A stretch of 63,610 bases of DNA, counting the filler, from Reticulomyxa filosa (lineage: Eukaryota; Protista; Foraminifera): the NCBI GenBank assembly GCA_000512085.1. It is 22 parts of 22 records of this genome, joined end to end, with 100 filler letters (N's around TTAATTAATTAA, not from the genome) between each part and the next. Parts side by side here need not be neighbours in the genome. Positions count along the whole stretch, not along the records: positions 1 to 4,329 come from ASPP01004287.1; positions 4,430 to 6,352 come from ASPP01023247.1; positions 6,453 to 7,494 come from ASPP01022166.1; positions 7,595 to 13,224 come from ASPP01011023.1; positions 13,325 to 17,982 come from ASPP01016867.1; 17 more parts are not named here. One strand, written 5' to 3'. The translations under genes and the position numbers were made by a program. A model generated the notes under the pieces. It was given only the letters and a program-made list of their open reading frames with translations. It made no database searches and had not been told where the DNA came from. Below, one piece after another: positions 1 through 13,356 of the stretch (position 1 is the first letter of the stretch; the number at the start of each line of letters is the position of its first letter).

Positions 1-26
1 GAATAATAATAATAATAAAAAAAAAG

Positions 27-1856
27 TATAAAGAACAAATTGCACAAGCAGAAGAAATTCGGAAAGCACTGGTAGAGGAACACGAAGAACAAATGAAAAT
101 GCTGGACGTAGAAAAAGAAAAGCAAGTGGAACGGCTGGACACTGACCAAAGCCGGACTCAGAAGGAATTGGACAAAGTGATCCACGAGAACATGGAATTG
201 CACAAAGTGTTGGATGAGAGGGAGACGACAATGTACAAGCTGCAACAGCGAGTGAACAGCTACACCTTGGTGACACAAGAAAAGAAAGTGCTGGAAGCCA
301 AATACGCGACCTTGCAAAGGGAGCACGAACAAGTGATTGAAAAAGTCGACAAGCTGCAGACGCTTTTACAAAAAGTTGAAATGGAAAACCAACAGCTTAA
401 CGAAGTCAAAGAGGAACTCGAAGAATTCCATTCAGATGCCCCTAAGTCACCTCAAAATTTGTTGCTCACGCGTGTCCATTCCAAAGAAGACCCAAGTTTT
501 GCTTGAGTTTATGTACAAAGATATATATATATGTATATGTATATATATGTACATATATGTATATATATATGTATATGTTTATATGGTATTTATGTATACG
601 TATATACTTATATATACTTATATATACATACATATGTATCTATTTTTTTCTTCCATTGGGGGGCGGGGGAGTGTAGATGCGGTACATCGTAGTCAACCTA
701 CTATGGCAATGCACGCGATTCATTCGAACGCGATCCCGAACTTGGAAGAGCAAATGGTCGCGAGTGAAGCACATGCACGTAAGTCTTTGGAAGGGGACGA
801 GTTTGAACAAAAACATCGCGAAACGCCCCCTGCCTCTCCGTCGATTGCCTCTTCCCCGGAAAAAGCTACGTCCGCGAATCCAATTGACCCTTCCGATGTG
901 CCCGCGAGCGCTGAGCCAAAAGAAGAAGACAATGAAAACGTTGCTCCTTATCCTCAAACAGTTGCGCTTTTCTTGAATTTTGTATTTTGAATAAACATTA
1001 ATTATAAATATATACATATATACATATATACATATATACATATATACATATATACATATATACATATATATATGTATGTGTGTATTGTTACATATACGCA
1101 CATCTAAAAGTGGGACGAAATATTGAAATCGTTGAATAAAAAAACACGCAATGACCCCAGCACACGAAGTGGAGGGGCTTTGAGTGTGCAAAGCAATTAC
1201 AGTGAAGAACAGGTCGGAGATCGATTGGATGAAATTGAAGAAGAGCTACAGCAGATTAAGGACATGCTCAAGCAGGTGTTGGACAGTAGTGACCCAGTCC
1301 ACGTTGTCCAAGAGATTCGACCTTTGGAACGGTTAATTCGACAATTGCATATTAAATTGGATGGAAGGGTAGGGGGACATGAGTCACAAAATAAATCACA
1401 ACATATCCCCGTTCAATCCACATATGGAATTCTTTCTTCCCCAATGCATGTCAGTCCGGGTGCGGCGTCCAAAGGAGCCACTGCTGAAGCTTCCATTGAA
1501 AATGCATCCAATGCTGACACTACATCGTCACGTCACAGAGAGTCGACCAGTTATTGCTTTGTTTGTTTGCTTGTTTTTTCTCTCTTTTGAAAGTACGGTA
1601 TTCCCACACACACACACACACACACACACACGTCTTTACTTTTGGTTGATTAGAACCTTCCAACGCCAATCGCAATTATTGGTATGATACATTGCTAAAT
1701 GATTTGGGCTTTGACAACAAAGCGAGAATCACTGCAACCGAATGGGCAACAAGCTTCGGTTTGTCTGCCTTGTTACTTAGTCTATTATATTTGCTTAGAC
1801 AGTATCACCAATCTATCAAATTAAGAAATCCTCGAGTTTTACAAAACAGACCATAA
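27..1856 (+). CDS. Coiled-coil protein with C-terminal transmembrane anchor (golgin-like), 5' partial
   Basis: Frame-consistent GT-AG introns at 496-676, 961-1110 and 1550-1653. Long E/K/Q/L heptad region. The last exon encodes WATSFGLSALLLSLLYLL near the stop at 1854-1856. Confidence 0.6.
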
Positions 1857-4329
1857 TCATGTTCTTCTTTTCTTTTTTTTTTTTTTCTTCAATGATGATG
1901 GTCAAAGTATTTATGACTATAATAAACAACAAAAAAAAAAAAAAACATCGACAAACACGTAATTTTCCTCTATCTTCTTCTATTTTTAGTGCGCTTAGTC
2001 AGTGGGTTTTTTCCATTTCCAAAGTGAAGGTTACAAATGATTTTTTATTTTATTTTTTTTTTAGTTGTTTGGTTTGTTTTAAATCATACACTTATTGTCC
2101 GTTCAAAGTTTCACTTGTAGTATAAAATTCGTGGAAATTGTTTGGGGTTTTGTTTGGTTTGTGTTTGAGGTGGACTCCATATCTCCGGTGCCTTTCTATA
2201 TTTTTCACTTTTTTCACTATAAAAACTTGTCGATGGAAAATTTCTTTGTATCGAATATTCCAACATTCTAACCTTCACTAACACATTGGCTCAAAATATT
2301 TTTAAGATTGGAAAATACTGCAAGAAATTTCTGTAATTTTCGCGACTTTTCTAAAAAAAAAATTTGTTGACTATGTATATTTCAAGACCGAGACAATTGC
2401 TCTTATAAATTATATAATTTATGCAAGAGTACTCACACAATGCTTAGAGTAAGCATAACTACATATCACAATTAAAATTTTGAGTTTATAAAGTTTTGGT
2501 TATCAAAAAATTCAGTTTATTGAAATTTACTTAATGGAATTATTCGTATTACACCAAGCTTTTTTCAGTTGGCAGATACTTGCAACAAGTGAAATTTAGT
2601 CCAAAACTTGTGAATTCCTTTTTTCACAATCACACAGCTTGGTTATAGTGTAAGTCACGTACTAATTGTAAAACGAAGACAACTTTTTATAAAGATTATC
2701 GACATGTTCCGTACGCAGACTTTTCCTGGTTAATTTAATGCATAATTACTCCATTTGAAATGCAAGTGAAATAAAAATTTTTTTTTTATTATGGGTCATT
2801 TCTTATTTTTTTTGAACCTGTTTTTAAAAATGACCCAGTTTTATTCAAACAAATTAAATAATGTTTTTTTCAATCAAATATTCACTAATTAAGTCAGTTA
2901 TTGTGTAATTCATCTGTTTTTGTCAAATCAAAAATATATCCAAAAATCAATTATATCAACGAGTTACAAGGGGGAACGTAGTCCCTTTTTTCAAATTTTT
3001 TCTATGTCATGGTTGGATGCGAAGTTATTCTTGTAATGAAGTCATTTTTCCCTATTTTTGAAAATGGAAGTAATTATGAAGAATTCCGCGTTTTTTTGTT
3101 GGTTAAAAGTTATTTTTACGTTTTACACAAGACAAGTTCTGTTATTATTTGCCACGCGACTACTCATTTGTAAAAGGAATATTTTAGATTGTCTATTTTT
3201 TTGTTCAGCAAAATAATTCGTTTTGTGGCGATGTAGTAGTGAGATTAAAGTTATTTCACTCTTTGTATAACGTATAATTATATAAATCATTACAAACACT
3301 TGATTGACATAATTTAGCTGTAACTTTTTTAAGAAAGAACAACTCCGACAAAGATTTTTGTACACCAAACGGATTAGAGTTATATGAGAAAAAAATTTGT
3401 GTACACACTTATGACTCTTTAATGTGGCCTTATTGATCGCTCAAAGAGTTTAATACATAAGCTATATCTTTGAAAGTTAAAATTGACTTCTAAACGAACA
3501 TCACATATCACGTAGGTTTTAATTTGTCGCTCAGTGACAATTTGAAAAAAAAAGTAATCACGTAATGTTGACGTCTACCCAATATCTTTGATAGAGTTAC
3601 ATAAAAGCTAGATTATTGCCTCGAAACACATATATGCACATTGCTCAAACTGCTCAAACCTCTTTTTCGTTTACTCATTTGTAAGTTTGCAATAGCATTA
3701 TTGAAATTTGTTTTTTTTTTCAGACATTGCAAAATTGATTTCTTTGATTAGACAATAAGCAAATTGTCATTTGTATATTCACTTCTTTATTCGTAAAGCA
3801 AATATTTAAGACTTCAACAATATTATCAGTTCTGTCCTGACAAAAAAAAGAAAAAAACAATTCTGCGAAAGAAGTTACACCAAGAGAAAACAAAGATAGT
3901 AAGTTAGATTCATTAACTGAGCGATAATTCAACTTGTACTTGTTAGCAAACAAGGCATTACAGAGAAAAAAAAGAAAAAAATGGAACTAACCCCTTGTCT
4001 TAGAAATGAAAATGTACTTATCTGTTTTGCATGAAAAAATCAAAACCCATGCTGTGTTAATATTCTACTGAGTGAATTTGTAGAAAATCAATAGTTGCCT
4101 TACCTTTTATCTGATTAAACGATTTTTTGGATATCATGTAAAAATGCAATAATTTATTTGAAATTCCAATTTTTCAGAATCGAATTAGAATGTACAAACT
4201 GAATCAGCCAATGGACAGTTATATGTTATCACATTTTTCAACTGAATTTGGAATGGGAACAAATAATTTTCTCTTTTAGAGTTTGTTCCAGCTTTTTTTT
4301 TATCTTCTTCTTTTCTCTATCTTGTTTTC

Positions 4330-4429
4330 NNNNNNNNNNNNNNNNNNNNNNNNNNNNNNNNNNNNNNNNNNNNTTAATTAATTAANNNNNNNNNNNNNNN
4401 NNNNNNNNNNNNNNNNNNNNNNNNNNNNN
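4330..4429. other. Artificial contig linker N44-TTAATTAATTAA-N44 (first of 21)
   Basis: Identical 100-nt six-frame-stop spacer also starts at 6353, 7495, 13225, 17983, 19192, 21125, 23073, 24292, 25507, 26794, 29942, 31877, 34551, 42534, 44033, 51315, 53522, 58106, 60508 and 62014. Confidence 0.98.
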
Positions 4430-4469
4430 ATTGTATTGAAACACACACAAATATAATAATGCAATGTAA

Positions 4470-6351
4470 GTAGGTCTTTTTTTGTTGGTGCTGTGACTTG
4501 GAAATGTTTCTTACATCGTAGTTATTGGTCCATTAATCATCGAGTTCGATTCACAATATTTCTTTACCACAACTAAAATCAGCCACGCCAATCCAATTCA
4601 ACACGATCGCCAACTTTGATGTTTTCGCTTCTTGTGTCGATCATATCATTATCACGGTCGGCAACTCGTACGACTTGAATTTTCCGTCATGGCCCCCTTG
4701 TGTATATCGAGCAACTCCAAAACAACCACTTTGCTAAATTTTGCCACGAGCCCAATCCCAAGCAGCGAAGCCCATACTCAAAGTTTCATATCCATTTTGT
4801 CAATGTGAATGAGCAAAAAATTCTTTAAACACAATTATTTACATAGTGCTGCCACTTACCCAACTCAATGCCAATGGCAATTTGGTCTTTGGAGAAATCG
4901 GTTTTTTTCTAAGAAGCAAACGGCCCCAATCACGCAATCTCTTGTTCGAACATGGTCTCCAATTAAGGGTATTCTGGTCAATCGTCCGTGAGCAGCATCC
5001 AATGATATTCCCCAGTTAAACAATAGAGTCACGTTTTCTTTTTTTACTCACAATTGTTTCTTTTACTTCTTTTTATTATTGTTACACTTTCACTTTCATC
5101 ATCGTTTTTCTTGTACGTATTTGGTCGTCTTTACCACTAGGCCGTTGAATTTCGTCACGCTTTGCAAGCCTTTCAATTTCGCACAGCGCCTTTTGTATGT
5201 GGATTCTCACTTCATTGGAGATTGCCTTTCTGCACGCAAAATACCAATTGGTTATATTATAAATCAAACATCGCTTTTTCGCATTGCTTCTGTCTTGTGT
5301 ATTACATCATTGATCACAAAAACAAATTAATTATAAATGGTACTAACAAGTATACATATAAAGATATAAGTATATATATATTTGTTTGTTTATTATTACA
5401 AGCAAGAAATAACACAAAACCCAACGCAAATAATTTCACTAGTGCCAGTTGTATTGATTGTTTCAATGAAACGAATGCCAATTTTGCGATGTGAAAGCTG
5501 AATTTTGTTTCAGACTTTGAAATGAAGCGAAAGTCTTGATAGTCAGCTTCGTCATCCTGCTCAGCGATTTCTTGTATTGCCAATTGCAGCACTGATCCCA
5601 AGTTTTGACAATATGGGATATGCAAGCGAAATAACCGCGTCACAACATACAATCAAAATAAGTAATGCAATTGACACTACAGTCGGCTGCATATGATTCC
5701 ATCGGTCCAGTTCGACTCCAATCAGCACACCGCTTGAAAAGTCCACGTGCTGTTCGCACTCGAGCACCAATTTCTGACATCACTGACAACGATTTTTTGA
5801 TCGAACAAAGAATTCGCGATCTTGCCTGCGGTAAAGTATCTCTTATGCTCAAAGTGCCATCGTGAGCATTGTAATGCCAATTGTCCAACTGCAATTTGAG
5901 CCACTTGATATTATTTGACTTGAATACACCCCGTTCGATTTCGACTGCGACCAATTTTTTTTTTGACTTTTGCTTATCGGTCGCCAGTATCGACTTCAGT
6001 GCTTCTCCGAAATCTTTTCAGTGACTTTGATGCTCCGGAAGGATATGGCTAGTTTTTCACTGTCGACAAAGTAATTTTATCCACGAACGTTGCTGTTGTA
6101 CCCATTTGAATCACATTCGCCGACGATCAAACTCGTCATTTCTTGGGGCGAAAACTTGACTTTGATGTGGCCAATTTGAGCTCGTACTTTGAAAAGCAAG
6201 ATAATGTGACCACAAGTGACGAGCACAAAGGAAAAGTGGATTCATCGGCAAAGTTTTCAAATGCCATAGATCGTGTCAAAGTATTGCATCACATTCAATG
6301 ATCCGTCATTAGCGTTCACACTCCAAATTCCAGCTCCACTCCAATCATTTG
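4470..6351 (-). pseudogene. Degenerate multi-CAP-Gly domain gene
   Basis: Repeated fragments KVGDRVELD, HVDFSSGVLIGVELDRW, LQLDNWHYNAHDG and WSVNANDGS, broken by stops and frameshifts. Confidence 0.65.
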
Positions 6352-6452
6352 ANNNNNNNNNNNNNNNNNNNNNNNNNNNNNNNNNNNNNNNNNNNNTTAA
6401 TTAATTAANNNNNNNNNNNNNNNNNNNNNNNNNNNNNNNNNNNNNNNNNNNN

Positions 6453-6833
6453 TACTTTTAATTCACTAATAAAATTTCTTGCTGTTTGTCCTTTCATATA
6501 ATTACAATGATTATGATTTCCAATTGGACATTGATTATTATGTTCATTTAAATATTGTTTCAAACATTTCTCTCCAATAAGTACTGCTTCTTTGCGATCT
6601 TCGTGTTCATTACATATTATCTCCATTGCATTATTTGCAATTTGTTTGCATAATAAACATTGAAGGTTTCTCAAAAGTCTTGGTTTATTTGAAGAAGAGA
6701 TCCAGTCCTTGTCATAACATCCTTCAAAAGAGAAGGTTTTTAGTTTTTTAGCTTTAGTTTCTTCTTCATGTAGCACTAACATGCTAGTCAGTTTTTTAAG
6801 GTTTTTTTTAGGCGTGTAAAAGGGGCCACACAC
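6453..6833 (-). CDS. TRAF-type/degenerate RING zinc-finger protein, N-terminal fragment
   Basis: CLLCKQIANNAMEIICNEH...GEKCLKQYL...QCPIGNH...ARNFISELKV resembles the TRAF N-terminal RING. Truncated by the contig end. Confidence 0.65.
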
Positions 6834-7166
6834 GCAAATAACGAATATTCTAAAATTTTACACAAGACAAAGCAGATTTATTTCTTTTTTGAAAAATAAC
6901 TTGATTTTGTGTTACGAAAAAAAATGTTCGGAATAATCTTATTTCGATCTTTTTTTGGAAAACGATTCGAATGTGGAAAAAAATTGATTTATTACAAGAA
7001 TATTCAAAAGACTTAAGTTATCTTTATTTTTAAAATTTAAGTTAGAACAAATTTCATAATCTAAAATTAATAAATTTAAGGAAACAAAATAAATTTTTTT
7101 AAAAGTTTCACAAAAAAAAAGGATACATATAAAAAACAATTTTTAAATTTACAAGACTTAATCATA

Positions 7167-7494
7167 ATGAAAACAATAATCAAGAACATGTTCTTAGTCA
7201 CACGTTTATACAACAAACCGACTCTCACTCCCATTTTTCTCAACTCTCTACGACTAAAAAGTCAACATGAAACTCGGTTAGAAGAACAACACAAGTCTAC
7301 TGAAATAAAGAAAAAATTACAAGGACAAAAAGGAGCATTGACAAAAACAAAACCACCTCAACAATCACAGCATGAAAGATCATTGATTAAAGAAATGGCA
7401 ACCACAAATGAGATTATTCAATTTCTGCAAAATACTCATTATCAGGATACAAGTATTCATGCTGCTGCAATTAAAAGATGTTCTGAATTAAAAC
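7167..7494 (+). CDS. Possible mitochondrial PPR protein, N-terminal fragment
   Basis: Basic, hydroxylated presequence-like N-terminus. DTSIHAAAIKRCSELK resembles the start of a PPR repeat. Truncated. Confidence 0.35.
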
Positions 7495-7594
7495 NNNNNN
7501 NNNNNNNNNNNNNNNNNNNNNNNNNNNNNNNNNNNNNNTTAATTAATTAANNNNNNNNNNNNNNNNNNNNNNNNNNNNNNNNNNNNNNNNNNNN

Positions 7595-7631
<37 letters not shown>

Positions 7632-7645
7632 GCAAATGACAAAAC

Positions 7646-9487
7646 ATGGACTTCCAAAGGTTTTCAACTCCTCCACTTCTTGTTTGGTGAAATAAATGCG
7701 TGTTTTGGAGGGGCCATACTCAAAGTAGTTTTGAATGGAGAACTCGTCGAGAATGGTGCCTGTGTCTTTGCAAAGCCACTTGGTTTCAGTGACAAGCGGT
7801 TGATTGGTGCCTGCGTTCAGCCACACGGGCGAGTCTTTTTTGGCGGGACGTCTCGTGCAGTAGATCTGCACGGCGATATTGTGATCGCGTCCAATGGTGA
7901 AGGGGCACGACAGCAGCGATCGCTTCTTCACTTCCTTCACTCGCAGTCCATTTTCCAAGTCCGCAAATGTCGTCATCTGCTTCTTTACGTCGTTCGCAGA
8001 CGTCAGTTCGTCCACGTCCATCGAGCAGATCTTGTCGTAGAACAACGACATGTCAAAGTCCTCTTCTGACAACGCCAGCAGGTTCATCTCGATGCCTGCA
8101 TCGCTCATGTCATTCGCTTTCGCGATCGTCGCGTTCTCGTCTTTGCACCACGGCTTGTCGTTGTTCGTGAAGAAGAACACGCGTTTCGTTCCAAATTTCG
8201 TCCCTTGAATATCACTTCATGTTTTTTTTTTTCAAAAAAAAAAAAAAACAAGTTAAAAGTTGAATCATTTTAAATTTCTTTTCCAAAAAAAAAAAAAATG
8301 GACATTTTACACTTCTGAAAATAAAATCTGTAAGGTCCACAGCAATTCTCTGAAATCGCATTGTTTATCGCTTCCCAAACTGCCAATTGTCTCAAAGCTT
8401 TCCAACACATTGCATCAGTGATTCATGTATACATACACATATTCATTTATTTATTTATTTATTTATTGCATATAACTTTTTAAAATACCTCAGATGTTTA
8501 TTTAATTTTTTTTTAAAAAATAAAAACAAAAAAAGTGCAAGAGTCAAGCGGTTGCATGTGTGTGTGTGTATCAAAAAGCTTATAAACTTATTGGGTAAGT
8601 CTCTTATGTCCCGGATCACTCCTGCCGATGGCGGTTCAGGATCGGCAAAGACGAAAATATTGGCGTGATTCATGCTATTCTTCGTCTCTTTCTTTTTTTT
8701 TTTTTTGCCCCGACCCCCCCCAGAGCATGCAATTCCAAAAAAAAATTGAATGAGATTATCAATTTTTAACGATAATTTGTAGGGTTACAAAAAAAAAAAA
8801 GTTAGTGAGGACGAAAAAGAGGGTGAAGGGAGGGGAGAGGGGAAAAAAAAAAGACGTATACTAAACAGTATTGAATAAAACAATGGCGGCAAAATCCTCC
8901 CCCGATTTGATGATTTTTCTTTTGAGTGAATTGGTTACACAGTCACAAACACGTTGAAACACCTTTTTCAAGTCATCTTCTTTTTCGTCACTTGGTTTCA
9001 TACTTGCATCAAACATTTTCTATTTTACGTTTGTATCGCGGTTTTGGAAATAGTTCAATTTGATTATTATTTCATTTTTTTTTTTTTTTTAAGTGTTTGC
9101 TAAACTGAAGAACAATCGATTGCATAAATCATAAAATCTCTTTCATTCTCTTGTTGTGGCTATTTTTTTTTTTTAATCGTTCATTATAAAATTTCGAACA
9201 TTTTTTATTGAAAGAACGCTGTCCTTTTTAAAAAAAATTAAAGGAATGTCTTGCTGTTTAGTTATTTGAATCGCTGGCCCTTTTTCCCAACTTAACACCA
9301 AATCCGCTGTTGTCCTTGTTCTCTCCCTCAAGCCACCATGATAAGTCTGTGTCACGGCTTTTCCACCATGACGAACTGTCGCTGTTCTGTTGTTCCCGTG
9401 ATGAAGGTTCAGGGAACACATACAACAAACAATAAACATTTTAACACAAAGATACAAATCATTCAAATCAAAAACTCGACTGACCAT
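7646..9487 (-). CDS. XRCC6: Ku70 DNA end-binding subunit, multi-exon, 3' partial
   Basis: RDFMIYAIDCS, AIVLFNT|KETKN, KRVFFFTNNDKP, DAGIEMNL, FDMSLFY, KKRSL and IYFTKQEVEELK match the Ku70 vWA and beta-barrel. The start codon is approximate. Confidence 0.88.
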
Positions 9488-10070
9488 AATAACTCGCTTA
9501 CTATATTATATCTCTGTCGTTTCTTGAAATTTACAAAGTTTTTATGATGTATTCGTGAGTTTTTTGTTGTCCCGTTTGCCGGCTAAAAAAACAAAAGATT
9601 TTTCGATCAACGTGGATCGTGGGGCTATGTGCATTTTACACTAGAACTAAATACCTATAAAAATTGTTAAATCTGCCTTTTTTTAAAAATGAAGTATTTT
9701 TAACAACGAATCTAAATTACAAGTTGAAAAAAATCATTTCCACTAGCCTTATCCTTTATTAGATACACCAACAAGAATTTTTTCTATATTACATTTACCA
9801 CCAACACAAAGTGGATGGTAAAGATCACAGTAATTTGGTAAAACATTTAGGGACGACAATAATATATCAATCTCAAAGAGACTAATTAATTAAAGAGATA
9901 TTCAATTTGGTTATTCAAAAAAAGTGGGATTTGGTTAGGATAGACCTTTCATTTTTGCATTAACCTTTATCAGTTGTAAAATTTTTGTCTAATTCCATAC
10001 TTGAAACAATATCAACGAAAAAAGTCAAAGTGACAATAAGAACTAGCTTCTTTTAGCAAAACAGAACAAC

Positions 10071-11568
10071 TCATACAATTCTTTTGTTCAATTGTTCCAC
10101 TTTTTTTTTTGCTGCTAACGTGAAATTGTGCCACTCTCCCAACACGGTACTGTACACCTTCCATGCCGCTTCGTAATGTTTGTACGCAGTTTTATATTCT
10201 GCCTTTTTTTCGAAAGCATATCCCAAATCACAGTTTGAATCACCGATATCTCTATTTACGCTTCCAAATATGTCCTTCATTATTATCAGTGTCTTTTCAT
10301 AATATTCAATAGCTTTGTCGTATTGTCCTTTATTTTTATGAATGAGTCCTAAATTTTTGTATGAATTGGCGGTATGAACGTGATTACTTCCAAAAATTTG
10401 CAATTTAATATCCAATGACTTTTCAAAATATTCAATGGCTCTGTCGTACTGTTGTTTGTAATAATATACACTTCCCAAATTACTATAAGAAGCAGCGACA
10501 TGAATATGATTGGGTCCAAAAATATCTAATCTGATTCCCAATGCCTTTTCAAAATATTCAATTGCCTTATCATATTTTCCTTTATCAGCATAAATAGATC
10601 CTAGATTATTATACGACCAAGCGACATCCGCACGGTCAACTCGAAAGACATCTAATTGAATTTTTAACGACATTTCATAGTAATTGTTTGATTTTTCGTA
10701 GTGTCTCTTATCTTCATAAGGAAATCGTAAATTGCTGTATGCATTTGCAATTGCGAATTGTTTGATACTGATAATTAATAATCGGATTTTCAAAGACATT
10801 TGATAGTACTCAATTGCTTTATCATACACTTTTTTTTCTCCAAAAGCAAGTCCCAAGTTGTGGTACAACTGAGCGATACCAGGATGGTCGCTCCCAAAGA
10901 TTCTCAGTCTGATTTTCAATGATCTCTCATACTGTTCGATAGCTTTGTCATGTTGTTTTTTGCAATAATATGCAAGTCCCAAACTATGACGGAAATCGGC
11001 AATATAAGGATGGCTATTGTTGAAAGTGTTTACCGAAATTTGTAAGGCTTGTTGGAACAGAACAACAGCATCATCAAACTGATTTTTTGTCAAACATTGT
11101 TCGGCATTATCACGAAGAGTTTGCAATTGGAATGGAATATCATCATGTATTCGAGCATCCCATTGAATGGGTGCAATGCACGATATCAAATTTTGATCCA
11201 TAATCACATTTTTCGAAACAAATAACTGCATTGCAATAACAACTTTTTCCCGACATTGCATTTCACAATTTACTGCGTACACATTGCCAGCAATATTGGC
11301 ACCATCCAATACAATCAATTTACTTTTTATCACACACATCCAATATTCCCCAAATTGCTGTTTTTCAACTTTGTCAGTATTGGCCAATGCATAAAAGGAA
11401 CATGCATTACAATTCGTTTGATTTTGCCATGCATCCATATTTCTTGCAACAACCACCAATCCTTGTTCATTATCACGTATCATCTGCTCAACAATCTTTG
11501 CAGCTTCCACATTTGCCTGTTTCCAATCTCTGTTCCAATACGTCTTGAAATCCAAAGGTTTTGAAGAC

Positions 11569-11599
<31 letters not shown>

Positions 11600-12723
11600 T
11601 ACCCATGGATTGAGTTTCACATTTTGCTTCGTCATCATCACCAATTTGTCGATGAGAGGATCTGAGATCAAATAAAGGTCAGTGCAAAGAGTTGAAATCG
11701 TTTGGACGACTTCCCTTTCCAATGTTTGTCCACGAACAACCTTTGTCACTTGTTCCATAAGGGATTGGAAACTTTGATCCCAAGAACTTTGAAGAACCTG
11801 ACAAAAAATTTCGACAAAATAATATTTTCGTTGTTGGATTCTATTTTCGATCATTGGCTTTTCCAAAGAATTTGCAAGCACTGTGAACACATCTGGATTG
11901 AGGTCATATTGACGAGTCGCGATAGGACGGGATATCCCTTGGCCACCATAGGCAACTTTGATGAATATTTTCGGTTTCCCTATAAAATACTTTGTTCGAA
12001 GTGCAAAGTCATCTTCTACATCTTTGAAATCTTTTCCTTTATTATCACTCGTAATTAAAGTGTCGCCATTGTTTTCAAATCCTCCATATCCACACCACAC
12101 AAATATCAACCCGTCATAATTGTCCTTATCATCACTGACATTACCTTTCAAAATTGAACACTGCTTTGCAATAAAGCTTTTCAAGTCATTCAAAGTCAAT
12201 GATTCCGTATCCACATTTTGAGGCGTGAATGTTGTAATTACTTTGTATCCCAACTTCTTTTCAAACAGTGTTTGCAATAAAATCACATCTTGTTTTGCTT
12301 CTTCCAAATAGGGCCGCTGTTCATATTGCATGGCCCCGGTTAGCAATACCAGTGGATACTTTAGTTCATGGATTGTTGTTTCTGTTATCTTTGGGGTACT
12401 TTCTTTTTTTAAAAGTTCTTGTTTTTTTTAATTGTTATTGTTATTCATTTTGTACTTTGCACTTGAAAGTACAAGGAAAGCAAAAAAAAGAAACTTGGCC
12501 GAAAATGAACATTGAAAAATGCAGAATCGCCTTCAAATGAAGCAATCACATTCTCATCGGATTCAACACTACAGCCCTTTGCATCAGTAATCACAGCCAG
12601 TTCGTCGGTTCGTGACTGCTGAGTGGCTTGGTTGATTTGATGTTTCAAATGTTTCATTGTTCGTTCTGTCAAAGTTATCCTATGCATTTTTGAACCATCA
12701 TATACATATGCTTTGAATGACAT
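10071..12723 (-). CDS. PB1-like + caspase-fold (C14, inactive) + TPR array protein, with a frameshift near 11665
   Basis: Exon 1 is ubiquitin/PB1-like. Intron 12403-12494. Caspase motifs DGLIFVWCGYG and GKPKIFIKVAYGG. About 8 42-aa TPRs (SYNNLGSIY..KG.YDKAIEYFEKAL). A single-base frameshift lies between the two large ORFs. Confidence 0.8.
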
Positions 12724-13356
12724 TGTTCTGAACTAGCCCTGTTGGAAATTTCCAGAAAAATTATCGTGTTTTTGGTTAAACTTTTTACTTTTCCTGTCCC
12801 TTAAAAAAAAATATCGGAACAAGAAAACCCATTTATTCCAGTTAATATAAAACTGGAATGAGTATCACATCATCACTTTTTTTAATTTGTAGACCTAACA
12901 AATGTCAAAGAGCTTGAGTTTTCAATCTTTACGTTTACAGAAAGGGATCCTAAGAAACACTTCAAATTATTATTTTATTAAATTATTTGTGCTGTTTTAG
13001 AATTGGAATGTACCTCTCAGCTTTCGAATTAAAACTTTTTTGAATAAAATTACAATAAAATTATACGAATTTTTCAGGATAAAGTTGTTTAACTTAAGTT
13101 GGTGAACACTATGGATGACAAGGATTAGTTAGTGATATTTTCTGTGATAAATCAAAAGTCAGCCGAGCGAGGGGAGGAAACTGAGTAAAAACATTTCCAA
13201 GGAGACAGCATAATTTATAATTGTNNNNNNNNNNNNNNNNNNNNNNNNNNNNNNNNNNNNNNNNNNNNTTAATTAATTAANNNNNNNNNNNNNNNNNNNN
13301 NNNNNNNNNNNNNNNNNNNNNNNNTATATATAACATTTGTGTGCAATACGTTTTAG

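Noticed and set aside
337-1191. ORFs rich in YIYI/HTHT/FFFF/KKKK here and throughout the window
   Set aside because: These are translations of intronic microsatellites and homopolymers, or antisense shadows of real exons.
4470-6351. In-frame stops as evidence of stop-codon reassignment
   Set aside because: The stops co-occur with frameshifts in decayed loci, while conserved genes (APC2, PACRG, SDR, PSF2) use the standard code with no internal stops.
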